Source: Candidatus Latescibacterota bacterium
GTDB lineage: Bacteria > Latescibacterota > UBA2968
Length of the DNA stretch: 64,000 bases
Direction: 5' to 3'
Assembly: GCA_965208125.1 (NCBI GenBank)
Contig: OZ242320.1
Span: 4,640,001-4,704,000 of the forward strand
Under the pieces are notes generated by a model, which did not search any database, was not told the origin of the DNA, and saw nothing but the letters and a program-made list of their open reading frames with translations. The position numbers were made by a program, and so were the translations under genes. Of the stretch, positions 18,960 through 30,400 are shown one piece after another; the first letter of the stretch is position 1; the number at the start of each line of letters is the position of its first letter.

Positions 18960-19046
18960 GAGAGGCCACACCAATTTTCAAACTCACGACGAAGGGCATG
19001 CCTACTTTCAAGAGCTGATTGAAAACGCCATTGTTGAGGATTAATT

Positions 19047-20720
19047 GTGATGCAAAAACTACCTGCCAATTTGATTTTTATTTTAAGCGACACACATCGT
19101 TATGATGCTATGTCGTTTACAAACCCCTTAAAGGATCATTTTGAAATTTATACGCCTAATATGGAGCGTATGGCGCAAGAAGGGGTTAGCTTTAGAAATT
19201 GTTATACAAATTTGCCCATCTGCTCGCCTGCAAGGGCGATCTATCAAACGGGTCGATGGCCCTTTCAATGGGGCGGAATTGCGAATCATATGGATTTGAA
19301 TGATCGAGTAGATGAAGAGGGTAATGAAAATAAGACTCTGGGATTTTTGTTTAAGAATGCGGGATATTCAACTTTTCATGTTGGGAAATGGCATCAGGGT
19401 TTAGAGAACAATGCTCAAAATGCGGGATATGATGAATCGTATATATGGTCAAATGAGAGACATGACAGCATGATATATTGCCATAATGGCGGTGATTTTC
19501 ATGACCTGGATCCAGGTGATATTTTAGGGGATGGGAGTGATATCCCATATACAGGCGTTTCGAAATGCGATACATTTTCTCTTCCGGCTTTCCCAAACCA
19601 TCCGTATAAGATAATTGGTCAAACCGATCAAGCCCTCGCTTTACTGGACAGGCATGACACTGATGCGTCTCCTTTTTTTCTAACGCTTTGTATGCAGGAT
19701 CCGCATGGTCCATTTACAGGAACAGATAGCGCGCCGGAGTGGGGAGATTTTTCACATCGTTCTGACTATCCGGAATTGTATCGACATGATGAAAATCATC
19801 CTGCAAAAGCCTTGAAGCCCTATCAGAGCTACATAGACAACCCCGTTTATATGCCATATGACTGCATCCATAACGCGATCAATAACTATGACTATTATGG
19901 CAGTATTACTGCGGTGGATGAGCAATTGGGGCGGGTTTTGGACTGGCTCGATAACCAGCCTGAAAGAGTTCGGGATAATACCATTGTCATCTATACGTCT
20001 GACCATGGTGCTATGGGTGGTGCTCAGAATGTTGCAGGAGGGCAAAAGAGATGGCCGCATGACCCTTCATCGAGAATACCATTTCTCGTGCGTTGGCATA
20101 AGGGTATTGAAACTCCTGGGCGGGAAGCGGATGAGCTCCTCTCATTCATTGATTTCTTTCCGACCTTTTGTCATTTGGCGGGATTAGACGAAATGTTGGC
20201 AGAAAAAAGTGATAGAGAAAGCCTGGAGTCTTTAAGCTACTTAAGAGCCAGTCCTGGTGTGGATCACAGTAGAAATATTATGGAAGAATCAGGCGGACCT
20301 GACCCTGATTCTGTATTTTTATTTCATTTTTCCAATATGAATTCAATCTCGAGTCCTTGTCCCATTCATCGAACCGTTGTGACAAAGGACTGGGTCTATA
20401 GTGTCAAGGGAAAAACACGTCTGGGAGGAAAACCGAATTGGACAGTGTGGGACGAACCCGGCGGTTGGCTGTACGACCGAGACAAAGATCCGTTTCAGAT
20501 GGACAATTTGTTTTTTGATGAAAATTTTGAAGCCACTCGTACAGAGCTTCATTCTGTATTAAAAAACTGGATGAAAGAAGCAGAACTCCCATTTAGAAAA
20601 AGGTGGTTTGAGAAAACGACCCGCAAAAATATCGAAGCGTGGTCATCTGAATGTGGTATTCTCTCTGGAGACGAAAAAGCGATGAGAGCACAGGGCCAAT
20701 CGTATGTCATGAATTTATGA
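19047..20720 (+). CDS. Sulfatase (Cys-type)
   Basis: NLIFILSDTHRYD, CSPAR, GKWH, DPHGP, TSDHG; visibly more AT-rich than its neighbours. Confidence 0.9.
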   Translation: MMQKLPANLIFILSDTHRYDAMSFTNPLKDHFEIYTPNMERMAQEGVSFRNCYTNLPICSPARAIYQTGRWPFQWGGIANHMDLNDRVDEEGNENKTLGFLFKNAGYSTFHVGKWHQGLENNAQNAGYDESYIWSNERHDSMIYCHNGGDFHDLDPGDILGDGSDIPYTGVSKCDTFSLPAFPNHPYKIIGQTDQALALLDRHDTDASPFFLTLCMQDPHGPFTGTDSAPEWGDFSHRSDYPELYRHDENHPAKALKPYQSYIDNPVYMPYDCIHNAINNYDYYGSITAVDEQLGRVLDWLDNQPERVRDNTIVIYTSDHGAMGGAQNVAGGQKRWPHDPSSRIPFLVRWHKGIETPGREADELLSFIDFFPTFCHLAGLDEMLAEKSDRESLESLSYLRASPGVDHSRNIMEESGGPDPDSVFLFHFSNMNSISSPCPIHRTVVTKDWVYSVKGKTRLGGKPNWTVWDEPGGWLYDRDKDPFQMDNLFFDENFEATRTELHSVLKNWMKEAELPFRKRWFEKTTRKNIEAWSSECGILSGDEKAMRAQGQSYVMNL

Positions 20721-20762
20721 AAGCGATGTTCCTGTAATTTTTTTAAGCTGATTTCCCTTGAT

Positions 20763-20813
20763 AAAGAAACGATCGATTCATAGAAGTCTTGGCAAAGAAA
20801 CGACCGTTTCTTT
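20763..20813. promoter_or_regulatory. Paired palindromic operator upstream of fic
   Basis: Perfect AAAGAAACG-AC-CGTTTCTTT at 20794-20813 and imperfect AAAGAAACG-AT-CGATTCATA at 20763-20782. Confidence 0.65.
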
Positions 20814-20846
20814 AATTCTGGATCAGGAAAGGAGTGTTTCTCAGAC

Positions 20847-22004
20847 ATGATTCGCCAGACAGGTCAATACCGCATTACCAGCACTCTCGGAGAGAAGGTT
20901 CGCGCGTTCGTTCCTTATCCGCTACCTCCTGCCGATCCACCGCTGGTGATAGATGACCTGACAGCCGAACTCCTTACAAACGCGCAGACAGAATTGGCAC
21001 GTCTTGCAGTGGCGGGTTCTATGGTACCGAGCACTGGTTGGTTCCTGTATGGCTTCGTTTGGAAGGAAGCGGTCATTACCTCGCAGATAGAAGGGACGCA
21101 AGCCACTCTCCGCGATGTTCTCACTTTCGAAGCCACGGATCAGACAGATCGTCTGGACGATGTTCGAGAGGTCTGCAACTATGTGGATGCCCTCGTACAC
21201 GCCCGAGGACAACTTTCAGACCCTCAGGGGCTGCCGCTGAGTATTCGTCTGCTATGCGATACCCATCGCATTCTGATGCGCGGCGTTCGTGGCGAGAACA
21301 AACAGCCCGGTGAAGTCCGCCGATCGCAAAACTGGATTGGCGGTAGCAGACCTGGCAACGCTCGCTTCGTTCCGCCACCGCCCGAGGAGGTTTCCACCGC
21401 GCTTGGAGCACTGGAGCAGTGGTTGCATGAAGATAGTGAACTCCCCCCGCTGATTCGGATTGGGTTTGCACATGTGCAGTTCGAGACAATCCATCCATTC
21501 CTTGATGGCAATGGCCGCATCGGACGGCTGCTGATTGCACTGCTGGTGGAACACTGGGATCTGCTCGAACAGCCGCTACTCTATCTCAGCCTGGCGTTCA
21601 AGCGTGCGCAGCAGGAATACTACGCGCGGCTTGCGGCCGTGCGTAGCAACGGTGATTGGGAAGGCTGGACCAGGTTTTTCCTTGGGTGCGTGCGCGAGGC
21701 CGCTGCCGACGGTGTTCGTGTCGCGCAGTCGCTCCATGCCCTTGTTGGGCGTGACCGCAGTCGCATCATCGCCCACGACCGATCGACTGTTGCCGCTATT
21801 CAGTTGCTCGAGCGCCTGCCGTTCAATCCAATCGTCACCGTTCCCAAAGCGTCGGGACTGCTCGGCTTGACCGCACCACCGACGCGCAAGGCAATTGAAC
21901 TGCTGGAAAGCCTCGGTGTGCTACGCGAGATCACTGGCAAGCGGCGTGATCGTGTGTACGCCTATCACGAATACCTACAAATTCTGACGGGTGGCGAGGC
22001 GTGA
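20847..22004 (+). CDS. Fic family protein (class II, N-terminal autoinhibitory helix, C-terminal HTH-like region)
   Basis: HPFLDGNGRIGR active site, TSQIEGT inhibitory motif, PGEVRRSQNWIGG, REITGKRRDRVY tail. Confidence 0.95.
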   Translation: MIRQTGQYRITSTLGEKVRAFVPYPLPPADPPLVIDDLTAELLTNAQTELARLAVAGSMVPSTGWFLYGFVWKEAVITSQIEGTQATLRDVLTFEATDQTDRLDDVREVCNYVDALVHARGQLSDPQGLPLSIRLLCDTHRILMRGVRGENKQPGEVRRSQNWIGGSRPGNARFVPPPPEEVSTALGALEQWLHEDSELPPLIRIGFAHVQFETIHPFLDGNGRIGRLLIALLVEHWDLLEQPLLYLSLAFKRAQQEYYARLAAVRSNGDWEGWTRFFLGCVREAAADGVRVAQSLHALVGRDRSRIIAHDRSTVAAIQLLERLPFNPIVTVPKASGLLGLTAPPTRKAIELLESLGVLREITGKRRDRVYAYHEYLQILTGGEA

Positions 22005-22036
22005 TCCAGGATACTCCGGAAAGGCTGTGTAGCGAT

Positions 22037-23608
22037 ATGAATTACGACTACATCATTATTGGCGCGGGGTCGGCCGGGTGTGCTGTTGCTGGTCGTTTGA
22101 GTGAAAGTAGGCAGTATCGCGTTTTATTGTTGGAAGCGGGTGGTCCGGATGATCGAGACGCGATTCACATTCCTGCGCGATTTCCAGACTTGTTTCATAC
22201 AGATAAAGATTGGGATTATGAAACCACGCCGCAAGCCGGATTTAATGGGCGGCGGGATTACGTGCCGCGCGGCAAAATGTATGGCGGTTCAAGTTCTATC
22301 AATGCGATGGTCTATCAGCGAGGTCATCCGAGCAATTACGATCAGTGGGCTGCGATGGGGAATGACGGCTGGGCGTATGTCGATGTGTTGCCCTATTTCA
22401 AGAAGATGCAGCACCAGACGCGGGGAGGCTCTGAATATCACGGGACAGGAGGCCCGATTCATGTATCAGACCCTCGGGATCCAAATCCATTGAGTGTGGC
22501 TTTTGTCGAAGCGGCCCAGCAGGTGGGGTTCCGGCTGAATCGAGACTTCAATGATGGGGATCAGGAAGGATTCGGCCTGTATCAGGTCACACAGAAGGAG
22601 GGCCAGAGGTGCAGCGCAGCGGTGGGGTATTTGCATCTGGCATTGGAACGAGACAACTTCACCGCGATTCCGTACGCCCATGTTACACGCCTTGAATTCG
22701 ATGGCAACAACAGGTGTGTTGGCGTTCATTATATGCACGAAGGGAAGGCGCATGAGGTTGAGGCTGGTAGAGAAGTGGTACTTTGTGGCGGGGCAATCAA
22801 TTCGCCTCAGTTGCTGATGCTGTCGGGCATTGGTCCGCCAGAACATCTCAATGAACTGGGTATTCCGGTTGGGATGGCATTGCCTGGTGTGGGGCAAAAT
22901 TTGATGGAGCACGTTCAGGTTGGGATGGCGTATGCCTGTACTGAGGAGATTGCGCAGGCTGGTAAAGATAATCCTGAGCAAGCGATCAGATATCAGAATG
23001 AAAGAATGGGATTGCTCACTTCCAATTTGGGGGAAGCGGGTGGGTTCGTGAAATTGTCTGCCGATGCGTCCGCGCCAGAATTGCAATTTCATTTTGGACC
23101 TGATTGGTTTGTTTTGCACGGGTCTCAAGAGATGGAAGGGCATGGATTCACAATTCTACCGGGGCTGGTGGGGACAAAAAGTGTAGGAGACCTTAAGCTG
23201 CGTTCGGCAGATCCGTTTGATGCACCATTGATCGATCCTCAATGCCTGGTTGAGGAGGCCGACGTGCGCGTGATGCTGGAAGGTGTTAAACTGGCGCGAA
23301 AAATTGTACATGCACAAGCTTTTGACCGATATCGTGGACAAGAGTTTTTGCCGGGGGATGATGTGCAGGATGATCAGGCATTGGTTGACTTTATTCGCAA
23401 TTATTCAACGACTATTTATCACCCGGTGGGTACGTGTAAGATGGGCAACGATGATATGGCTGTGGTGAACAATCGACTTCAGGTATATGGAATTGAGAAT
23501 TTGCGCGTAGCAGATGCTTCGATTATGCCATTTATTATCAATGCAAATACCAACGCGCCGTGCATGATGATCGGGGAGAAAGCCGCAGATATGATTCTGC
23601 GTGGCTAA
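22037..23608 (+). CDS. GMC family oxidoreductase (choline/alcohol dehydrogenase-like)
   Basis: GAGSAG, RGKMYGGSSSINAMVY, GAINSPQLLMLSGIG, YHPVGTCKMG, NANTNAP. Confidence 0.93.
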   Translation: MNYDYIIIGAGSAGCAVAGRLSESRQYRVLLLEAGGPDDRDAIHIPARFPDLFHTDKDWDYETTPQAGFNGRRDYVPRGKMYGGSSSINAMVYQRGHPSNYDQWAAMGNDGWAYVDVLPYFKKMQHQTRGGSEYHGTGGPIHVSDPRDPNPLSVAFVEAAQQVGFRLNRDFNDGDQEGFGLYQVTQKEGQRCSAAVGYLHLALERDNFTAIPYAHVTRLEFDGNNRCVGVHYMHEGKAHEVEAGREVVLCGGAINSPQLLMLSGIGPPEHLNELGIPVGMALPGVGQNLMEHVQVGMAYACTEEIAQAGKDNPEQAIRYQNERMGLLTSNLGEAGGFVKLSADASAPELQFHFGPDWFVLHGSQEMEGHGFTILPGLVGTKSVGDLKLRSADPFDAPLIDPQCLVEEADVRVMLEGVKLARKIVHAQAFDRYRGQEFLPGDDVQDDQALVDFIRNYSTTIYHPVGTCKMGNDDMAVVNNRLQVYGIENLRVADASIMPFIINANTNAPCMMIGEKAADMILRG

Positions 23609-23643
23609 ATTCACTACACACGTTTAGAAATGAAGGGATTTAC

Positions 23644-24354
23644 ATGAAAACTAAAGATGCGACGGGACAGACTGTGATTGTAACCGGCTCGAATCGAGGA
23701 ATCGGGCTTGGGTGGGTGAAGCATTATCTGAATGCAGGTGATTCTGTCGTGGCCACTTGCCGGACACCAGCGGAAGCAACAGATCTGATTGCGCTGAAAG
23801 AAGAATACGGGAATAAGCTGTTGATTGAGCAGTTGGATATGTCGAATGAAGAACATTTCGACTGCTTGGGAGAAGCCTTAGCCCGACACAACGTGCGTAT
23901 TGACATTGCTATCAATAATGCTGGCTCGGGTAGTGGGAAACCCTTTGGCGAGTGGAACACGGAGAGTTTTGCGATTACTTTCGAGGTACATACCATTGGT
24001 TCTGCTTTGTTTGCGCAAATGGTTACGCCACTGCTGAACGACGGGGCAAAAATGGTACTGACCTCTTCTGGTGTGGGCAGTATTACGCGCGCCAATCGCC
24101 AAAATGAAATGGACGCTTACGCCATTGCCAAAGCAGGGGTCAATATGCTTGCCAGGCGATTGTCAGTCAGACTCGCCGACCGCAATATTGTGGTGGTTGC
24201 TCTCACACCGGGGGCTGTACTTACAGGTATGAATCCGAACGGTACGATTTCCGTAGAAGAATCCGTTGGACTGATGACTGGTACGCTGGATAAGCTGACT
24301 ATGGAGGATAGTGGTAGCTTTCTTCAAAATAATGGCGCAGTGGTGCCCTGGTAG
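23644..24354 (+). CDS. Short-chain dehydrogenase/reductase (CsgA/C-factor-like)
   Basis: TGSNRGIG, INNAG, SSGVGS, YAIAK. Confidence 0.9.
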   Translation: MKTKDATGQTVIVTGSNRGIGLGWVKHYLNAGDSVVATCRTPAEATDLIALKEEYGNKLLIEQLDMSNEEHFDCLGEALARHNVRIDIAINNAGSGSGKPFGEWNTESFAITFEVHTIGSALFAQMVTPLLNDGAKMVLTSSGVGSITRANRQNEMDAYAIAKAGVNMLARRLSVRLADRNIVVVALTPGAVLTGMNPNGTISVEESVGLMTGTLDKLTMEDSGSFLQNNGAVVPW

Positions 24355-24376
24355 CTCTTAAGAAAGGACCCTTTGT

Positions 24377-25867
24377 ATGGCAGAGAAGCCCAATGTGATC
24401 GTAATTTTTACAGATGATCAGGGATATGGCGACGCGAGTTGCCTGAATCCAGATGCGAAGTTTCAGACGCCCAATCTGGATCGGCTATCAGCAGAAGGGA
24501 TCGCTTTTACCAATGGGCATTGCTCAGATACGGTTTGCACACCTTCGCGTTATGGATTGCTGACTGGACGCTATTCCTGGCGGACGCTGAAGAAAAAGGG
24601 CGTTTTTCCAGCCGAAGTGCCGTGTCTGATTACAGACGAACGTATGACGCTGGCTTCAATGTTTGGGGCAATTGGATATGATACGGCGATGGTGGGCAAG
24701 TGGCACCTGGGTATGAATTTTCCCGGCGAGGTGGGCAATCGCGATTGGCGTCAGCCTGTTACCGATATGCCGTTGGATAAGGGCTTTGATTATTTTTATG
24801 GCATACCCGCTTCGCTCAATTACGGAATTCTCGCCTGGTTTGAAGGGCGATATGCCAGAGTTCCGCCGACAGTTTATACGGCTAAAAAACCCAATAATCG
24901 GCATGTGGATTATCGCATCATGCCGCCGTATGAGAACACGCCAGAAGAGACGCTTGAAGCATTGGGCACAATGGGGATGGAGGTTGCGCCTGATTTTATT
25001 GACAATGAGTGTTTGACGCGGTTTACCGATAAGGCGATTGAGTGGATGCAGGGCAAAGAAGCAAGTGCCAAAAGTGGTACGCCGTTTTTTTTGTATCTGC
25101 CGTTTACATCGCCGCACTATCCTGTGTGCCCGCGTGAGGAATTTTGGAATCAGGGCGATTGTGGCGGCTATGGTGAGTTTGTGATTGAGACAGATTACCA
25201 TGTAGGGCGGGTGCTGGATTATCTGGAACAGTCGGGGTTGGATGACAATACTATTGTTGTATATACCAGTGATAATGGTCCTGAGAATTCGTGGCGTGGA
25301 CGAATTGAAGAATTTGGTCATCATAGCAATGGGATTTATCGCGGAGGTAAAAGGGATATTTACGAAGGTGGACATCGCGTGCCATTTTTTATGCGGTGGC
25401 CCAAAGGCATTCAGAATCCCGGGCGCAAATGTGATGATCTGGTAGGCCTGGTTGATTTGATGGCGACTTTTGCTGAGGTTGTGGGTGCGGAGTTGCCTGC
25501 TGATGCAGGCGAAGATAGCCAGAGTTTTGCGAAGATACTCAGTGATCCTGACACACCCCACGAACGATTGCCTTTGATTAACCATGGTGCTGGGGGACGG
25601 TTTGCGATTACAGAAGGCACGTGGAAGCTGATTATGGCGCACAAGAATGAGCCTCTGGAACTTTATGATCTCGCGAATGATCTCGGTGAGACAAAAAACG
25701 CGATTGGCGACCATCCTGAGATTGTAGAAGATCTGACCGATAAAATTACAAGCATTGTGTGCAATGGGCGTACGACCCCTGGAGAGGATCAGGCGAACGA
25801 TACCGATTACTGGGATGATTTGACGTGGATTTCATCTGAGGATTATCAGGGAAGGCAACTAAGATGA
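24377..25867 (+). CDS. Arylsulfatase (Cys-type)
   Basis: PNVIVIFTDDQGYGD, CTPSRYGLLTGRY, GKWHLG, TSDNG. Confidence 0.94.
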   Translation: MAEKPNVIVIFTDDQGYGDASCLNPDAKFQTPNLDRLSAEGIAFTNGHCSDTVCTPSRYGLLTGRYSWRTLKKKGVFPAEVPCLITDERMTLASMFGAIGYDTAMVGKWHLGMNFPGEVGNRDWRQPVTDMPLDKGFDYFYGIPASLNYGILAWFEGRYARVPPTVYTAKKPNNRHVDYRIMPPYENTPEETLEALGTMGMEVAPDFIDNECLTRFTDKAIEWMQGKEASAKSGTPFFLYLPFTSPHYPVCPREEFWNQGDCGGYGEFVIETDYHVGRVLDYLEQSGLDDNTIVVYTSDNGPENSWRGRIEEFGHHSNGIYRGGKRDIYEGGHRVPFFMRWPKGIQNPGRKCDDLVGLVDLMATFAEVVGAELPADAGEDSQSFAKILSDPDTPHERLPLINHGAGGRFAITEGTWKLIMAHKNEPLELYDLANDLGETKNAIGDHPEIVEDLTDKITSIVCNGRTTPGEDQANDTDYWDDLTWISSEDYQGRQLR

Positions 25868-27405
25868 GCTCTCAACAAATATCGAGTCAGCGTCCCAATA
25901 TTCTGATTATATGCAGCGATCAGCATCATCCTGCAATGGTGGGGTATCGGCAGTACCCATTTGTCGAGACGCCCAATCTGAATCGCCTGGGGCGCGAAGG
26001 CACACACTTTACGCGGGCGTATGCCAATTGTGCGGTGTGCGGTCCCAGTCGCATGAGTTTTATGACGGGGAAGTACATTCACCAGATTGATAGCTGGTCG
26101 AATGGCGTGCCTCTGCCCGATGAAGAGAAACAAAAAACCTGGGCAGCGCGGCTGGATCAGAATGGTATTGCATCGACTTGTATAGGCAAAATCGACTCCG
26201 CTGGTACTGTTGACGATCACAACCCGGGATTTACGCATTTTGACGAACCCCTTCACCGAACGGCTTGGGATCCCTATCCGAGAGAAATGCCTTTTGTCAC
26301 GCGCCTTCCGGGATATACGCGGCCAGCCAGTCGGCGATTTTTGCTCGAAGCGGGTGGGGGAGATGTCGCAAAGATTGATGACCGGCAGGAGTTGGGATTC
26401 TATGGTCATGACCGCGAGGTGACAGATAAGACGCTGGCGTATTTGCGGGAAAAGGGGCAGGCTGAATCGGAGCCCTGGGTGCTGTATGTCGGCTATCTGT
26501 ATCCCCACTGGCCGTATCGCGTACCTCAGAAATATTTCGATATGTACTATCCCGACCGCGTTTTGATGCCCCACGATGCAAAGTTCCCAAATCGCGATAT
26601 TCATCCCGCGATGCAGGAGTGGCAAGATTCCAATGTATTTGGGGAAGTGACAGAGGATATGCTGCGTCGGACGGTTGCCGCTTATTGCGGTATGATTACC
26701 TGTATGGATAATATGATCGGCGAGATTCTCGATGAGTTGCAGGACCAGGGGCTTTACGAAAATACATACATCATCTATACATCAGATCATGGAGAATCCA
26801 TGGGCGAGCACGGGCTTTTTTTTAAACATTGTTCTTATGAAGGAGCGATTGGGGTTCCTCTTGTGATTAAGGGGCCGGATATTCCTGAGGGAGAGGTCAA
26901 TACCGACACGCCTGTTTCTCTTGTCGATCTCTATCCCACCGTTTTAGACATGGCGGGGGTGGATCCCGAACCTGGTCTGCCCGGCGCAAGCTGGTTGCCA
27001 CTTGTGAGGGGGGAACCTCACGAACGATCTGAGCGCGTTTTTGCAGAATGGCATGGTCCGCAACTTCGAGGCGCGTATTACATGATTGTGCGAGGCGATT
27101 ACAAATACACCTGGTATGAATTTCATCCGCCCTCATTATTCAATGTGAAGAAAGACCCGAAGGAAGAACGCGATCTTGCATCGGATATTGAACAAGCTGA
27201 CAGGCTCAGGGCATTTGAAGAGGAGTTGCGTTCCATAGTCAATCCAAAGGTGACGGCTCTGCGCGCCAAGCGAGATTTGGGGCTGATTGCTCCAGATGGC
27301 ACGGATATGACCGATAGTCTGATACCCTGGGTGGGATTAGAAGACGGGACACTTAAGAAAATTCAGCGTGCCGACAGTGCGCGGCGCAGGAGAAAAAAGA
27401 TATGA
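25864..27405 (+). CDS. Sulfatase, choline-sulfatase-like
   Basis: PNILIICSDQH, CGPSRMSFMTG, YPHWP, TSDHGE..GEHGLFFK. Confidence 0.92.
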   Translation: MSSQQISSQRPNILIICSDQHHPAMVGYRQYPFVETPNLNRLGREGTHFTRAYANCAVCGPSRMSFMTGKYIHQIDSWSNGVPLPDEEKQKTWAARLDQNGIASTCIGKIDSAGTVDDHNPGFTHFDEPLHRTAWDPYPREMPFVTRLPGYTRPASRRFLLEAGGGDVAKIDDRQELGFYGHDREVTDKTLAYLREKGQAESEPWVLYVGYLYPHWPYRVPQKYFDMYYPDRVLMPHDAKFPNRDIHPAMQEWQDSNVFGEVTEDMLRRTVAAYCGMITCMDNMIGEILDELQDQGLYENTYIIYTSDHGESMGEHGLFFKHCSYEGAIGVPLVIKGPDIPEGEVNTDTPVSLVDLYPTVLDMAGVDPEPGLPGASWLPLVRGEPHERSERVFAEWHGPQLRGAYYMIVRGDYKYTWYEFHPPSLFNVKKDPKEERDLASDIEQADRLRAFEEELRSIVNPKVTALRAKRDLGLIAPDGTDMTDSLIPWVGLEDGTLKKIQRADSARRRRKKI

Positions 27406-30400
27406 CACCTGTAAATAATTCATTGCCCTTTAGATTGGGTGTAGGGTCTGCATTAAAAGCTGCGGCTTTGGCTTATTCGCAGACTGTTCGCAATGAGCCG
27501 GGACTTTTGGCTTATTGGCGAGTGGGGGAGACTCAGAACGCGGATGCCGATAGAGAGAATTCGTATGTGGCTTTGGGGGTTGTGCCACATTTGGATGAAG
27601 ATCCAGCGGGCGATGCATCTGTTGAATTCTTTTTTCAAGTTATTTCCGATGAGCAGTTGGACTACGAACCCTGTCTTATTTCGCATCAGATATCCCACGG
27701 CGAGCAGACGCGATTCGCATTTCATGTGACGCGTGATTTGAATGCGCTTCGATTTCTCAATGGCACAACAAATACGCTGATTTTTCCGCCCGATGGGCCG
27801 ATAAAAGTGGGACAGTGGTATCATTTTTTGGCTACGAGCAAGCCGCGGCAGGAATTTCGCGCTTATATCGATGGCGTCGAATGCTTTCTGGATATGGGTT
27901 CTCTGGCGTTTAGCGTGCGGCGGCAAGCTTGTCCGATACAGATTGGCGCATCCAGCGAAAATGGTGAGGACAGAGCTGTAAATTGTGCAATAGATGAGGT
28001 TGCCATATACAATGTGGCTCTGACGCCGTTGGATATCGCGCGACACGTTGATGCGGCTGGTCGAGAGACGCTCCGAGAGCGGGGGGTACGTGATCGGGAA
28101 CAACGGGAAGATGAAGAAAAAGAGGTGGCGGCGGAGGCGCTTAGAGCGCGTCTAAACGATCCCGCTTTGTTCGATCCCGACGAGACAAAAGTCTATGAAG
28201 GGCGATATCTGGATGCGATTTCTCTGCCAGTGGGGGGTATTGGTGCAGGTTTGATTCAGGTGAACGGTAAGGCAGAGCGGTCGGTATGGCAAATATTCAA
28301 CAATTTTGAGCATGTCGAAGTGCCCAATAGCTTTTTTGCCGTGTGGGCAAGACCCCGGGGAAAAGAGTCTGCGGTCAGGGCGTTGCAGACTTCGGATGTT
28401 GGGGTATTTCCCGCGATGGATCGTCTGAGGTTCAGGGGGGAATACCCGTTTGGATGGTTTGAGTTCGCAGATGCCGCTTTTCCCCTTCGGGTCGAAATGG
28501 AGGTTTTTAATCCGCTGATTCCCCTCGATGTGAAATCTTCGAGTATCCCGTGTGGGATTTTCAATCTGACGGCGAGCAATGAGGGTGATTCCCCTGTGGA
28601 AGTCAGTTTTCTGGCTACGCAACAAAATGCGATTGGCATCACGGGAGATAGCCCTAATGGAGGTTATGGCGGCAATGTCAACCGGGTGATTCGAGAGGAA
28701 GATGCGACTTCGATTCATATGACGCAGGTGTCGTCAACGGATGTAGATATGGTGCTGTCGGCACAGGTGGAAAATGGCTGTGCGACAGCGTCTTGGACCA
28801 GCTTACGCGATTTGTATGAAGCGTTTTCACGAGATGGCGAACTGGGATATGTCGAATCATCGGAGCCGTCGGGTACAGGCGAAACGGTTGATTGCGCGCT
28901 GGCTACGCCCTTTGTGCTTCGACCAGGGGAAAAACGCACTATCACCTTTGTTCTCACCTGGTATTTTCCCAACACCAACCATGGTGCGCATATCTGGGTG
29001 AAACACGGCAATATATATTCAAATTGGTGGACTGACGCGTTGGATGTTTATTCGTATCTCAAGGCTAATCTCGATGATTTGACACAACAGACGCGCCGTT
29101 TTCACGATACGCTCTATGCGTCTAATCTTCCACACTGGTTGCTGGATCGAATCAGTTCGCAGGTTGCAGTGCTGAGAAGCAAGACGTGTTTTTGGGCAAA
29201 AGATGGGTATTTTGGAGCTAATGAAGGTTGCGCACCAACTTCGGGTTGTTGTCTGGGGAATTGCAGTCATGTGTGGCACTACGCACAGGCGCATGCGCGT
29301 CTTTTTCCCGAGATTGCGCGGAGAATGCGCGAGCAGACGTTTGCATTGCAGCAGGAAGATGGGGGATTGCCTTTTCGCCATAGCGATCGCCATTTTGAAA
29401 TACAAGGTCCGGCAATTGATGGCATGCTCGGCGATATTTTGAGTACGTATCGCGAGTATCTGTGTAGTTCAGATCAACAGTGGTTACACGCGCATTGGCC
29501 CAGCGCGCAGAAGGCGATGGATTTTGTGATTGCGCGTTGGGATTCAGATGAAGATGGCTTGTTATCTGGCTCGCAACACAATACGCTTGACGGTGAACTG
29601 TCGGGGTCAACGTCGTGGATGGGGACGCTTTATCTGTCGGCTCTTGCGGCGTGTGAAGAGATGGCGGTATTGGAAGATGATGCACAGTCCGCCGACCGAT
29701 ATCGCAGGTTGCGCGAAAGGGGAACTGAAAACCAGAATCGGACGCTTTGGAATGGCGAGTATTACGTGCAGAGCCCCGACGAGGATGCCCATGAAGACTA
29801 CGGAGATGGTTGCCATATCGATCAGGTACTGGGTGAGTGGTGGGCACCGCAGGTGAATTTGCCAGGGTACTACCCTCAGGAAAATGTCCGTTCGGCACTG
29901 CGGTCTCTTTTGCAGTACAATTTCAAGCATCATTTTCGGACGACGACACAGAGGCCGAGAAAATTTGTCGATAACGACGATGCGGCAATGAAGATGATTT
30001 CCTGGCCAAAGGGTCCTCAGCCATTTCGCAGTATGAAGTACGGCGACGAGGCGATGACGGGTTTTGAGTATGGTGCTGCTGCAACGATGGTTCAGTTTGG
30101 GATGCTCAAGGAAGGCCTGATGGTTGCCCGGGCTGTTTACGACCGCTACGATGGCAAGCTGCGCGATCAGTTGACGGAGATGAATACGGCGTCGTGGGGG
30201 TATAGCGGAAATCCGTTTGGCGATGATGAGTGCGGCAAATTTTATGCACGGGCGATGAGTGTGTGGTCGTTGTTGCTCGCTTGCCAGGGCTTTGTATATG
30301 AAGGTCCCAAAGCGCGGATTGGCTTTACACCTGTATGGAAACCCGATGATCACGTATCCTTTTTTATTGCAGCCGAAGGATGGGGCCTGTTCAGACAGAG

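Noticed and set aside
24656-25714. Long antisense ORFs (also 3074-4066, 5777-6760, 55489-56469 and others)
   Set aside because: They are shadows of well-supported genes on the opposite strand and carry no recognisable motifs.
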